In this document: piece by piece, positions 19,836-29,787 of the stretch | Layout: every line of letters begins with the position of its first letter | Position numbering within the stretch: position 1 is the stretch's first letter | Virus record (IMG/VR): IMGVR_UViG_3300003690_003399 | Location: 16,076-80,075 of that record | Length of the DNA stretch: 64,000 nt | Reading direction: 5' to 3' (one strand) | Source of the DNA: a virus | Translations under genes and position numbers: made by a program | The notes under the pieces: generated by a model | Told to the model about the DNA's origin: nothing | The model's input: only the letters and a program-made list of their open reading frames with translations | Database searches by the model: none

Positions 19836-20606
19836 ATGATAAATACTAAATTCATAATAGCTGGACCATGTGTGTTAGAATCAAAAGATATGTGTCTAGA
19901 AATAGCAAAATATTGTAAATCTATTTGTGATGAATACGGCTTTACATATGTTTTTAAAGCTTCGTTTGATAAAGCAAACAGGACTTCAATAAATTCATTT
20001 AGAGGCCCCGGATTGAAGAAATCAATAGATACATTCGTTGAAATAAGAAAGCATGTAGACTTCATAACTACCGATATACACGAACCTTATCAGGCAAAAG
20101 AAATTGCTCCATATGTAGATGTAATACAAATACCTGCTTTCCTTTGTAGACAAACAGATCTGCTAGTTGCAGCAGGAGAGACTGGTAAAATTGTTAATAT
20201 TAAAAAAGCCCAATTTTTATCTGTTGATAAGATGGAGCACGCAATTAAAAAAATCTATCATACTGGTAACAAAAATGTGATGTTGACAGAACGAGGTTCC
20301 ATGCTGGGCACGGACGATTTAGTGGTTGACTTCAGGAATATACATAAATTAAAACAATTTGGCTGTCCAGTTATTATGGATGTTACGCATGCTTGTCAAA
20401 CATATAAGCAAACAAATGGTATAACTGGCGGGAATAGAATTTATGGTCCACTCTTTGCTCAGTGTGCTAAAATATTTGGTGCTGATGGCACCTTCGCAGA
20501 GGTCCACCCAAAACCAGAGGCAGCATTGAGTGATTCTGCAAATACTATGAATTTTAATATGTTTGAGAACATGGTAAAAGCATTAGCAACATTGGAGGAT
20601 GATTAA
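19836..20606 (+). CDS. kdsA: KDO-8-phosphate synthase, metal-dependent type
   Basis: AGPCVLE (Cys ligand), KASFDKANRTS, QIPAFLCRQT, NIKK, ERG, DVTH, EVHP..ALSD. Confidence 0.96.
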   Translation: MINTKFIIAGPCVLESKDMCLEIAKYCKSICDEYGFTYVFKASFDKANRTSINSFRGPGLKKSIDTFVEIRKHVDFITTDIHEPYQAKEIAPYVDVIQIPAFLCRQTDLLVAAGETGKIVNIKKAQFLSVDKMEHAIKKIYHTGNKNVMLTERGSMLGTDDLVVDFRNIHKLKQFGCPVIMDVTHACQTYKQTNGITGGNRIYGPLFAQCAKIFGADGTFAEVHPKPEAALSDSANTMNFNMFENMVKALATLEDD

Positions 20607-20926
20607 TGATTTATTACGTTGATATTGACGAAACAATTTGTGATTATGAAGGCGGCGATAAATACGCCGCAAGGGATTATGAGAACGCTAGACCAATAAA
20701 AGAAAACATTCAGAAAATAAATGATCTATTTGATGAAGGGCATACAGTGGTTTATTGGACAGCCAGAGGTAGTACCACTGGAATTGATTGGTATGATCTT
20801 ACTGGCCGCCAACTAAAAGAGTGGGGTGCTAAGCACCATAACTACAAGGTTGGAAAGCCTGCTTATGATGTTTTTATATGTGACAAAGCAATAAATTCTG
20901 AAGTTTTTTTTAAGGAAGGAGAATAG
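20606..20926 (+). CDS. Small capless HAD phosphatase
   Basis: VDIDETIC (DxD), WTARG, GKP..D...DK. Confidence 0.85.
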   Translation: MIYYVDIDETICDYEGGDKYAARDYENARPIKENIQKINDLFDEGHTVVYWTARGSTTGIDWYDLTGRQLKEWGAKHHNYKVGKPAYDVFICDKAINSEVFFKEGE

Positions 20927-20927
20927 A

Positions 20928-21479
20928 ATGAAAGAATACAATAACACTGATCGAACTGCTAGCTTAGAAAGACTCGCACCGGATTTGTTCAAATATAAAT
21001 CGGTTTTGAATATAGGCGCCCGCACTAGTCGATTTAATTATGGACAAGAATTTAGAGAAGCGGGGTATAATATTACGGTTTTGGAGCCGTTTAAACCAAA
21101 TGTAGAATATTTGCGTACATTACTGTGGATACATGAAGTTATTCAAGGAGACGTTCGTGATTTGAAAGTTTTTAAGGAAAGAGAGCAAAAATTTGATGTT
21201 GTTTTCTGGTGGCATGGCCCCGAGCATGTGATAGAAGAAGATATGATAAAGGTTATACCCGAACTAGAAAAAATTTGTAATCATCTGGTTGTGTTGGGGT
21301 GTCCATGGGGACATTGCCCGCAAGGCGAGATTCATAATAATCCATGGGAAAAGCACATTGGGCACTATTCATATTATGTGTTCGAAGAATTTGGTTATGA
21401 TGTTGAATGCTTGGGCCTACAGAGCGTCGCAGGATCTAACATTACAAGCGTGAAGAGAATAGACGGGAGAAAAAAATGA
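20928..21479 (+). CDS. Class I methyltransferase-like protein
   Basis: VLNIGA, GDV, FDVV...GPEH. Confidence 0.7.
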   Translation: MKEYNNTDRTASLERLAPDLFKYKSVLNIGARTSRFNYGQEFREAGYNITVLEPFKPNVEYLRTLLWIHEVIQGDVRDLKVFKEREQKFDVVFWWHGPEHVIEEDMIKVIPELEKICNHLVVLGCPWGHCPQGEIHNNPWEKHIGHYSYYVFEEFGYDVECLGLQSVAGSNITSVKRIDGRKK

Positions 21480-22312
21480 AAGTTGGAATTGTTGGTCAAG
21501 GATTTGTAGGACAAGCTCTTAAAAAAGGTTTTGAAAAATATTTTCATATTGAAACTTATGATAAGTTTAAGAAGAAAGAATCAAGTTGCTTAAGTTTAGA
21601 AGAGCTAACATCTAAAACAAAGATAATTTTTATTTGCGTGCCCACCCCAATGAACAAAGATGGTACGTGTAATTTAAATATAGTTAATGAAGTCGTACGG
21701 AACATTGATTTTTGTAATAATAAAAATGTTGTCGTAATCAAATCTACCATCCCACCAAACACCACCGCTATGTTAAACGCTGAGTGTAATAATATACAAG
21801 TTATTTTTAACCCAGAATTTTTAACAGAAGCTAACTTTATTGAAGATTTCAAAAATCAAACTAGAATTATTATTGGCGGTCCGCGCCCAGGTTCAACACT
21901 GGTTAAAAATTTATACAGAAAAGCATTTCCTGAGACGCCATTGATTAAAACTAGTTCAACAATTGCAGAAATGGTTAAGTATTTTACTAACTGTTTTTTA
22001 GCCACAAAAGTTAGTTTTTCTAATGAAATTAAACAAATATGTGAAAAAATTGATATAGATTATGATAAAATAGTAGAGTACGCTTTATATGATAGCCGAT
22101 TGGGGAAAACGCACTTCTCAGCTCCGGGCCCAGACGGAAAAAGTGGGTTTGGTGGATCCTGTTTTCCTAAAGATTTAAATGCGCTAATTAAAACGGCTGA
22201 AAATTTAGATATAGATCCTAAAGTTTTAAAATCAGTCTGGGAAAAGAATCTTGAAGTAAGACCAGAGAAAGACTGGGAAAAATTAAAAGGAAGAGCCGTA
22301 AGCGAATCATGA
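21476..22312 (+). CDS. UDP-glucose/GDP-mannose dehydrogenase family, short form lacking the C-terminal domain
   Basis: GQGFVG, CVPTP, IKSTIPP, NPEFL, AEMVKY..N, GFGGSCFPKD. Confidence 0.92.
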   Translation: MKVGIVGQGFVGQALKKGFEKYFHIETYDKFKKKESSCLSLEELTSKTKIIFICVPTPMNKDGTCNLNIVNEVVRNIDFCNNKNVVVIKSTIPPNTTAMLNAECNNIQVIFNPEFLTEANFIEDFKNQTRIIIGGPRPGSTLVKNLYRKAFPETPLIKTSSTIAEMVKYFTNCFLATKVSFSNEIKQICEKIDIDYDKIVEYALYDSRLGKTHFSAPGPDGKSGFGGSCFPKDLNALIKTAENLDIDPKVLKSVWEKNLEVRPEKDWEKLKGRAVSES

Positions 22313-22485
22313 AATTAGGAATTGGAGTATTGGTAAAACACACTCGACGTTGGGATTTAAGTTTGGGGCTTGTGACCAAAATTTTATATACCGAAGAAAA
22401 AACCCCTTTATACGATGTTTTATGGGCACAAGTACAAAAACGAACAAGTCGTCACTTAAAAGACGAACTACAATTAGCATATTAA
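22309..22485 (+). CDS. Small 58 aa SH3/KOW-like protein, absent from the ORF track
   Basis: ATGA overlap with upstream gene; MKLGIGVLVKHTRRWDLSLGLVTKILYTEEKTPLYDVLWAQVQKRTSRHLKDELQLAY fills the gap. Confidence 0.65.
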   Translation: MKLGIGVLVKHTRRWDLSLGLVTKILYTEEKTPLYDVLWAQVQKRTSRHLKDELQLAY

Positions 22486-22501
22486 AATATAGGAGAATAA
22501 T

Positions 22502-22738
22502 ATGTCAAAAGAAATGAATATGTCAGATCAAGCAGTGGGAGCCGTTATGATGGCTCTACAAAAGAGTTTAATGGAACAAAGCGATATTGTCCCAGTATTA
22601 AAGGCTTTTAAATTTAAACTCTCAGAGCAAGGACTAGCCGTAGTAAACCCGCCCATTGTTAAAGTCAATGAAGAAACCCAAAAGAATTTTCAAGAATGTT
22701 TAGACTTTGAAGAGCCCCCCGAAATTGTAAAATCATAA
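22502..22738 (+). CDS. Hypothetical protein
   Basis: AGGAG RBS; coupled to the next gene. Confidence 0.75.
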   Translation: MSKEMNMSDQAVGAVMMALQKSLMEQSDIVPVLKAFKFKLSEQGLAVVNPPIVKVNEETQKNFQECLDFEEPPEIVKS

Positions 22739-22992
22739 TGCCCATTTATATTTATGGTTGCGGTCACTGTGGAAGCGAAATAACAGTTAGTCACTCAATG
22801 ACTGAGACAATAGAAGACTGCGAAGTATGTGAGATCTCCGGTTCTTTAACTAGACGGCCCCCAATGTTTTCTAATATTAAGAAAAAACCACAGCACAAAC
22901 CCAAAATTGGTGATTGCGTTAAAAGCTTCATAGAGGAAGCCAAGGAAGACCTGCACCAACAAAAAGATAATTTAAGGAAGAAAAATGATTGA
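22738..22992 (+). CDS. FmdB-family zinc-ribbon protein
   Basis: MPIYxYxCxxC...CxxC. Confidence 0.85.
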   Translation: MPIYIYGCGHCGSEITVSHSMTETIEDCEVCEISGSLTRRPPMFSNIKKKPQHKPKIGDCVKSFIEEAKEDLHQQKDNLRKKND

Positions 22993-23299
22993 AATATTAC
23001 TAGGAGTATCCATTTTAGTTAGTGGATTTTTAATATGGTATGTTGTTAGGTTAATAAAGAAATTTCTTCATATTTCTGAAGAGTTAGAAAATCTTTTTAT
23101 TCTTTTAGAAGAATATGCAGACGATATAGAAAAAGTATATAATTTAGATAGATTTTATGGTGATACAACATTGGAACACCTAATGAAACAGTCTAAGTTT
23201 GTGGCCGAAACCTCTAAGAACTTCCGTGCCATTTATGATATAAATTATGATTTAGAAGAAGATGAAGAAGACGAAGAATACGAGGAAGAGGAAGAATAA
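22985..23299 (+). CDS. Small membrane-anchored protein with acidic tail
   Basis: N-terminal hydrophobic helix; Glu-rich C-terminus. Confidence 0.7.
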   Translation: MIEILLGVSILVSGFLIWYVVRLIKKFLHISEELENLFILLEEYADDIEKVYNLDRFYGDTTLEHLMKQSKFVAETSKNFRAIYDINYDLEEDEEDEEYEEEEE

Positions 23300-23302
23300 T
23301 GT

Positions 23303-23995
23303 ATGACCAGTAAAAGAAAAAAAAACCACTACTTTACTAAAGTTCATGAACAGGCAATTATAGATTATTGTTCGTCTCATGATCAAAAAGAAAGAAACCA
23401 GTTGTATAATGAGTATATTGGACCCGCTTTTAACGAAATGGTAGATAAAATCGTTTATACATATAAGTTTACCAACTTACCAAATTGTGATTATTTGAGA
23501 GAAGATTGTAAAAATTGGCTAATAACTGTATTAAACAAATACGATCCAGAAAGGGGCTCGAAAGCTTTTTCTTATTTTAGCGTTATTACAAAAAATTGGT
23601 TTATTCATAAAGTCAAAAAAAATTCACAAAGATCTAGAAGAGAGGTGGTGATCGAAGACTATTGTGCCCCGATCAGTCAACAACAAAATATGCGCCACCC
23701 CTTAGTGGTCTACAACACATATATTCAGGATAGTATAAAAAATGAATTTTGGACCTCTTTTAGAGAACAAATAAGTGATTGGGAAAAAATACCTGTTAGA
23801 AATAATGAAAAAAAAGTTATTCAAGCTGTTAAGATTCTTTTCGAAGAATCTGAAAATATAGAAATTTTTAATAAAAAAGCTATTTACTTATACATACGAG
23901 AAATTACGGGCTTGAATACCAAACAAGTTGTTAGTAGTTTGAATAGAATCAGAGTTCGGTATAGGGAATTTAAAGAAAAATGGGACAAAGAATAA
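23303..23995 (+). CDS. Phage sigma factor, T4 gp55-like
   Basis: Region-2-like KYDPERGSKAFSYFSVITKNWFI; lies just before the structural module. Confidence 0.7.
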   Translation: MTSKRKKNHYFTKVHEQAIIDYCSSHDQKERNQLYNEYIGPAFNEMVDKIVYTYKFTNLPNCDYLREDCKNWLITVLNKYDPERGSKAFSYFSVITKNWFIHKVKKNSQRSRREVVIEDYCAPISQQQNMRHPLVVYNTYIQDSIKNEFWTSFREQISDWEKIPVRNNEKKVIQAVKILFEESENIEIFNKKAIYLYIREITGLNTKQVVSSLNRIRVRYREFKEKWDKE

Positions 23996-24285
23996 AAAAT
24001 GTTGACAAGTACATTGAAGAATCACTTACCAATATAAGGGACGACCGCGCAGTAACTTCTACTCTTTTAACTGAGCTGTTAATAGAGATGAAAAAAGCTG
24101 GCGACCTTGAAACTCACAAACAGTTAGGCCTCATCGCTTCTAAATATGTTGAAACTCTCCAGCGTTCCAACGAACAATTAGTTAAAATTGCCGCGCTGCT
24201 AAATAAAAGACAGGGCGGCTCTATTGAATTAGATGAAAGCGACAAACAAGAACTTTTTGACTTAATCCAGGGAGAAGGTAATTAA
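23980..24285 (+). CDS. Hypothetical helical protein
   Basis: Overlaps both neighbours; amphipathic helices. Confidence 0.65.
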   Translation: MGQRIKNVDKYIEESLTNIRDDRAVTSTLLTELLIEMKKAGDLETHKQLGLIASKYVETLQRSNEQLVKIAALLNKRQGGSIELDESDKQELFDLIQGEGN

Positions 24286-27200
24286 TGGCCATTAATATGC
24301 GCGGCGACGCGTCGACGACTCCAGCAACGATGCATTATCGGCCGGGTACTCTAAATGTATTGGACACGCCCGAATGGGCAATTGCGATTAGCCCCAATGA
24401 CAGCGGCAAGTCTGTGCAATACTTGATTAATCAACATGTACTTACACCCAACAAGTTTGAAAGTGTTGGCACTCTGTATGGCATTTTGTTACGAGAAAAT
24501 AGTCCTTACAGCGACAATGATCCTTACACACCTTTAGATATTTTGCACGCGGCAACTTTTGCCATGCGCGGCGCCGATGGTCTCAGGTTACCCACTTATA
24601 AAGTTCGCATACCAGAACTTCATTTTATGTTACCGATTCCTAAAAATTTGAATAACCCCACACAGACTGATAAAATTATTATAGATTGTTATCCCACCAT
24701 ACAAGCAGTTGATACAAAAGTATCACGCGCACAACCCGGCGACATAGTAAAAATTGAAATGGCAAATAGAGGCACTATTTCTAGGCTTTATTATCTTGGT
24801 CCCGTTGATCCCGACAGTACAGCAAACCCATGGGTTGTTGGCCCACACAGTCCTCCTTATAACTATGGGCAACTTCTTGAAGAGTGCAAAAAGAAATATT
24901 CTAATGCTGGCTCTCGCGGAGATGTAATCGGCAGGGGTGACAATGTGGCAAAACCAAATAGTGATGTTCCCATCGTTGTTAAAGGCCTCGGCCACGGAGA
25001 AAATAAAATCATCATTGGTACGGTATATAAAAAGTGGCTTCATAAACTATTTCAAAGATTAAAGGCTGAAGACAAATATAAAGGCCTCGTGTGGCTAGGG
25101 GTGTGTAAAAACAATGGCGCAGAAGACCAAGAAAAAATGCTCACAGGCAATGGTGCAACCATAGGCCGCGGCACCGGACGTTCTACTATAATCTACATGC
25201 CGGCTAGCACAGATCCCCATTCTCCACTAGAGATAATTTATTGGTTTCATGACGCCTTGGGGTTTAAAAACAACACAAAAGAGTGGAATAAACTTTGGGT
25301 CTCCTTAAAAGCGATGTCAAAGAAAAAGAGCACACTCGACGGCGCTCGCCGCAATTTTATTCTTGTTATTCCTGAAATGTTGTGGTCCGAAGAGGCATCT
25401 GGAATATATTCTTCAAGAGAGGGAGAATTGATATTTGGCGCCTCAGCCATGCCCACAACAAACGGAGCTTTTTCAGGAGGCTACAAAAATAGAGAGTGGG
25501 CTGCATGGGGGTTTGATGGCATACCAAACGAAAAAAATATAGTATGGGAAACGTTTGGGGACAAATCTATTTCATTTGCGCCAATTTCTTACTCCGAAGC
25601 CGGCGCCCCAGTGTATACAGGTGCCGACCTCCTAAAGATCCCCGCGGGCCATTCGTCTCTTTCCATGGTCGGCAACCCTCGCCTAGGCATACCATTTGGA
25701 TTTCAACCACTTTCTTCACAAGTCGCCCCCATACCATTCGGCGATACAATTACTTGGCAGTGGGTCCAAGGTTTGCCATCGAACGTCGCCGGAGATATGG
25801 TGCTTCTTCACCAAGAAATATTAGCAATATTGAAGGATCGCTTTGGTGTCGCCACCGATACTAATAAATATGTAACGCTAGTTGGCCACAAAAAAGGAGG
25901 AATTGCAATTGCTAATTTGGCGCGCCTAAACAAGCTTGGCAAAGGCCCCGCGCAACTATATGCTTCAAAAATATCTTTCATTGACGGAGATTATGCTGGG
26001 ATGAATTATGTGTCTCCAAAAAAACTCTACGACTATGGAAAAAATTGGTATCATGGTGGCGATTTATACGAAGTTATAAGAAACATAGATGATAGTACTA
26101 CACTAGAAATACATCTTAGTTGGGGCGCAGGGACTCCCCTACGACCAAAACAGACAGCCGGCGCTTTCCTCGGCGCACTGCAACATGTCCGAACATGGGC
26201 ACTTGCACTTCCTGGTTTTAATTTTGATAAGGGGGTTGAAGCATTAGACAAATTTTATTCTTATATTTGGCCAAAATATTGGCCCAACGACTGGAGCATG
26301 ACCGGCCCAGCGTACACTTCGATTGTAACTTATCCAGTCTGGTCCAGCGCCAAGTTTTTGAAAAAAACTTATACTGAAGGATACGGAGCCATACAGGGGA
26401 AAATAAATGAGATGATACAATTACCTTCTCCTTTTTCAAATATCATTTTTAAAGGATGGCCAACCTCCGATGCCCAAGGCGCCTTAGCGTGGCTCCCCCA
26501 CAATGCACCAATGTCCGTTGCAACCGTGAAAGAAACCACACAAGATAAATTTTATAAAAAGTTTAATATAGATCCAGATATTCCATCTAATATAAAAAAT
26601 ATATTTAAAGACTTTAGAGGCAATCTCATATTATATAGATCTCAAAATGTTGGGCCCAGTAAGACTGTAGCGATATTAGAGCCATACGGTACGGCTGCAC
26701 AGGCGCCCTATGAGCTTATTTATTATTTCCATGGAGATATAGGATTAAATGGGGCAGCAAAAACATTCCAATCAGCACTAAAAAATCAATTTAATGTTAT
26801 GATAGGAAATAAACGAAATGTGATTATTGTTTTAATGGATATTGATCCATATCCTATGAGCCCATCATCAAATTTGTGGGATCTAGATCATGATCCTTCG
26901 GCAAGCTCGTTTGGTGATTTTCATCAAGAAGTTTTAAATAAAATATCTTCTATTTGGAGCGCAGATTGGCTGGACACCTTTGGTCATTTCGTATACCCCG
27001 AGTCGGACGCGCAAGAGTTAGGCCCTGTCGAGCAACAGCATTACTCGGAGAATGTACTCCCGTCCTTTGAAATGGCCACATATCCCTCGTTTATCACATT
27101 TAAGGCCCACGGTGGCGCCGGCCGAATGCTTAAACACATTATAGATCATATGAATAATAACGATATCACTTCTACTTGGCAGACAACAACTAAATGGAAA

Positions 27201-28619
27201 TATGACCCCCTCACCGGCGTACCCCTTCCTGACCCGACCACATATTCAATTACGACCCCCCTTCGAAGAATAGATTTTTGGGACGCAAATTGGGGCCCCG
27301 AATATGGGATATTTAATAAAATATATTATACTTGGCCAGCCGCAACACTAGGACCGGCCCAAATGAAAATTAACCCGGGTACAAATTTTGAGATTCAAAT
27401 GGTAGCAACTCCCCGTACATTCCCTCCACACAAGGTAACAGCAATCCAGCGCGCCAAAAAATATATGGCAGGCGAAAAAGATGCAAAACCAGGTCTCTGG
27501 GTTGAACAGACAATTGCCGCTCATGGCACACTTCCTTTTAAGTTTTTTTCAAAACCAAGCAAACTTGATAAATATGTTCCTCCAACGCCACCCGCAGGGG
27601 CTCTGGAAAACAAGGAATATGGAGGATCCCCCCCTGGCGAAGGAGCTAAAAATGTTCCACCCGTGCCCTTGAAATTCGACAATAAAGGGAAAGCATATAC
27701 CCTAGATGGAGAAAAAATGCCGGCCTATGATTTAAAAAAGGCAGCAGCTTTTATTAAAGGCCTCTTGAAAAATCATATCCCGTCAACAGAACAAATCGGA
27801 GGAACCATGGGTTGCGAAGTGGGCTCAAGAAAAACCTATGGTATTACAAAAATCCCATCCATGTCACCAGTCGGAGGAGAGATGTATAAATGCAAAACAA
27901 ATCCGCTTGGATTAGTGGAATATGAGACATCACAGTTTGCTAGCATCAATATAAGCCCAACCAGATCGGGATATTCGTGGGGCTCTAGTGAACTAGACAG
28001 TTATTTAAAGGGGATAGATAATATTTTTTGGACCACGACTTCCCCACCGACCACCTGGGTTGTCAAAGATATATCGCCCCAAGGAGTTAATGGTATCGAC
28101 AAAGTCCGAGGACACGATTCTCATAGAGAGGGTATAGACGTTGATATACTGTTGCCACAATTAAATATTGATACATCACCCCCAACCCCAACCGGAAAAC
28201 CAAATGAGAAAAAAAAGGTGGTTACAGTAAAAGAATTTAATGTTGATAAGGCGCTTATATTTATAATGTTATCTAAATTTTATGGCGCAAAAGTAATCTT
28301 TTTAGATAAAAAGTTTTTTAAGCGCATACGAGATCGAGCAATCTTTATAGCAACAGATGGCACCCCAACGGGCTCTTCTGACAAGTTTTTAAAAGTAGAT
28401 AAAGCATATAAATCATTTTTAAAAGAAAATTTATTTGGAAAGTTAGATTTTGTTAATCAATTGATGCGCCTTCTTAAACACAAAAAACATCATGAGAACC
28501 ATTTTCATGTAAGAATCGGGCGTGAGTGGGGCTCTCATGAAACAAGTGATTATCCTAAATGGGCACTCCAGCGTCTAAAAAGCTTGGGATGTGATTATAA
28601 AAATTCAAGCATTATATAA
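24285..28619 (+). CDS. Large tail-associated protein with C-terminal MepA-like murein endopeptidase and two degenerate alpha/beta-hydrolase-like modules
   Basis: GHDSHREGIDVD and HENHFHVRI (LAS/M74 Zn motifs); LEIIYWFH and YELIYYFHG; N-terminal YKVRIP suggests a gp5-like OB fold. Confidence 0.7.
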   Translation: MAINMRGDASTTPATMHYRPGTLNVLDTPEWAIAISPNDSGKSVQYLINQHVLTPNKFESVGTLYGILLRENSPYSDNDPYTPLDILHAATFAMRGADGLRLPTYKVRIPELHFMLPIPKNLNNPTQTDKIIIDCYPTIQAVDTKVSRAQPGDIVKIEMANRGTISRLYYLGPVDPDSTANPWVVGPHSPPYNYGQLLEECKKKYSNAGSRGDVIGRGDNVAKPNSDVPIVVKGLGHGENKIIIGTVYKKWLHKLFQRLKAEDKYKGLVWLGVCKNNGAEDQEKMLTGNGATIGRGTGRSTIIYMPASTDPHSPLEIIYWFHDALGFKNNTKEWNKLWVSLKAMSKKKSTLDGARRNFILVIPEMLWSEEASGIYSSREGELIFGASAMPTTNGAFSGGYKNREWAAWGFDGIPNEKNIVWETFGDKSISFAPISYSEAGAPVYTGADLLKIPAGHSSLSMVGNPRLGIPFGFQPLSSQVAPIPFGDTITWQWVQGLPSNVAGDMVLLHQEILAILKDRFGVATDTNKYVTLVGHKKGGIAIANLARLNKLGKGPAQLYASKISFIDGDYAGMNYVSPKKLYDYGKNWYHGGDLYEVIRNIDDSTTLEIHLSWGAGTPLRPKQTAGAFLGALQHVRTWALALPGFNFDKGVEALDKFYSYIWPKYWPNDWSMTGPAYTSIVTYPVWSSAKFLKKTYTEGYGAIQGKINEMIQLPSPFSNIIFKGWPTSDAQGALAWLPHNAPMSVATVKETTQDKFYKKFNIDPDIPSNIKNIFKDFRGNLILYRSQNVGPSKTVAILEPYGTAAQAPYELIYYFHGDIGLNGAAKTFQSALKNQFNVMIGNKRNVIIVLMDIDPYPMSPSSNLWDLDHDPSASSFGDFHQEVLNKISSIWSADWLDTFGHFVYPESDAQELGPVEQQHYSENVLPSFEMATYPSFITFKAHGGAGRMLKHIIDHMNNNDITSTWQTTTKWKYDPLTGVPLPDPTTYSITTPLRRIDFWDANWGPEYGIFNKIYYTWPAATLGPAQMKINPGTNFEIQMVATPRTFPPHKVTAIQRAKKYMAGEKDAKPGLWVEQTIAAHGTLPFKFFSKPSKLDKYVPPTPPAGALENKEYGGSPPGEGAKNVPPVPLKFDNKGKAYTLDGEKMPAYDLKKAAAFIKGLLKNHIPSTEQIGGTMGCEVGSRKTYGITKIPSMSPVGGEMYKCKTNPLGLVEYETSQFASINISPTRSGYSWGSSELDSYLKGIDNIFWTTTSPPTTWVVKDISPQGVNGIDKVRGHDSHREGIDVDILLPQLNIDTSPPTPTGKPNEKKKVVTVKEFNVDKALIFIMLSKFYGAKVIFLDKKFFKRIRDRAIFIATDGTPTGSSDKFLKVDKAYKSFLKENLFGKLDFVNQLMRLLKHKKHHENHFHVRIGREWGSHETSDYPKWALQRLKSLGCDYKNSSII

Positions 28620-28634
28620 GGAGAATATTAAAAC

Positions 28635-29774
28635 ATGAGCGAGACATACACGACAACAAGACAGAAGCCACCAAAAAAGACCCTTAGCCGTACAAGAATC
28701 GATGGAAATGAAACACGCACCTCTAATTTATCGAAAGATCAGGAAGTAGAAGCAAATTCTGGAATCGATGGTGCCAAACTTAATGAAAAATTACCTAAAT
28801 TAAAATATCCTACCACCTCAACGGTGATTGGCAATGGACAAGATTTCGGCCGCTGTCACATAGAATTTGGTCGAGACCGAATAAATGAAAGAGACGATAA
28901 GTTTGGCACCTTTAAATACGGAAGTGGGAATGGAGGCCTCGGAGCTATGGCATCTGGCTGCGTACGCATAACCGCAGGATTAGCTTCTTATGATCAATGT
29001 CGAGGAAATGTACCCTCTGAGCCTGTAAATCCGAGCACTGACCGAGACGCAGCGATGTGCTATATTTCTCAAAACGCAAATGTTGATGACGAATTCGATT
29101 GTTCGGGGATAAATGTGAAAAACAGGTCATGTGTAGCTATCAAAGCCGATGAACTTAGATTCCTGGCAAGAGGTACTCTTAAACTTATAACAACGAATGA
29201 TAAGTTTAATTCGAAAGGGCGCGAATTAGGATCGGTGGGAGACATTCATCTTATTGCTGGAAACCAAGACGTAACAGACGAAGACGGCGAGTATACATTA
29301 TTAGAGGGCGCCGTCCGTATGGGTAATCCCCTCGCCGGCGAACCCCCCATCCCGTTACCCGTCCCCACAGGTCAAAATCCATATTTCAAAGTTTTGCAAC
29401 CAGTCCCGAGAGGAGATCTTTTAGTAGCGGCTTTAGATGAGGTGGTAGAAAGACTGGCAGTTTTTTCAGATCTTATGTATGATATGTGGAACGCACAAAT
29501 GACCTTTAACAGTGCAGTAAAATCTCACAACCACCATTGCCCAGGAACCATAGGTCTTGGCGGGATGGTGGGGCAACCCCTCGGATTGAATGGCGGCAAA
29601 AGCTACATGTCTCCAGGCCTTCAAATAAAGGGAGTTTTTACTGGTATAAAACAGCACATAGTACAAATCAAAAAACAAGGTCCTTTCCATGTTACTTTAC
29701 AAGCCGTAAGACAAGAGTATTTAACAACAGGCGCCGCAAAGAGTATATTGAGCACAAACGTAAAAACAACTTAA
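28635..29774 (+). CDS. Putative baseplate spike (gp5/gpV C-terminal-like)
   Basis: Beta-rich middle followed by SHNHH (HxH apex-type motif); baseplate context. Confidence 0.5.
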   Translation: MSETYTTTRQKPPKKTLSRTRIDGNETRTSNLSKDQEVEANSGIDGAKLNEKLPKLKYPTTSTVIGNGQDFGRCHIEFGRDRINERDDKFGTFKYGSGNGGLGAMASGCVRITAGLASYDQCRGNVPSEPVNPSTDRDAAMCYISQNANVDDEFDCSGINVKNRSCVAIKADELRFLARGTLKLITTNDKFNSKGRELGSVGDIHLIAGNQDVTDEDGEYTLLEGAVRMGNPLAGEPPIPLPVPTGQNPYFKVLQPVPRGDLLVAALDEVVERLAVFSDLMYDMWNAQMTFNSAVKSHNHHCPGTIGLGGMVGQPLGLNGGKSYMSPGLQIKGVFTGIKQHIVQIKKQGPFHVTLQAVRQEYLTTGAAKSILSTNVKTT

Positions 29775-29787
29775 AAGAGAACAAAAC

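Noticed and set aside
23250-23299. Similarity of the Glu-rich tail to those at about 62600 and 63040
   Set aside because: Low-complexity GAA-rich sequence; not evidence of homology
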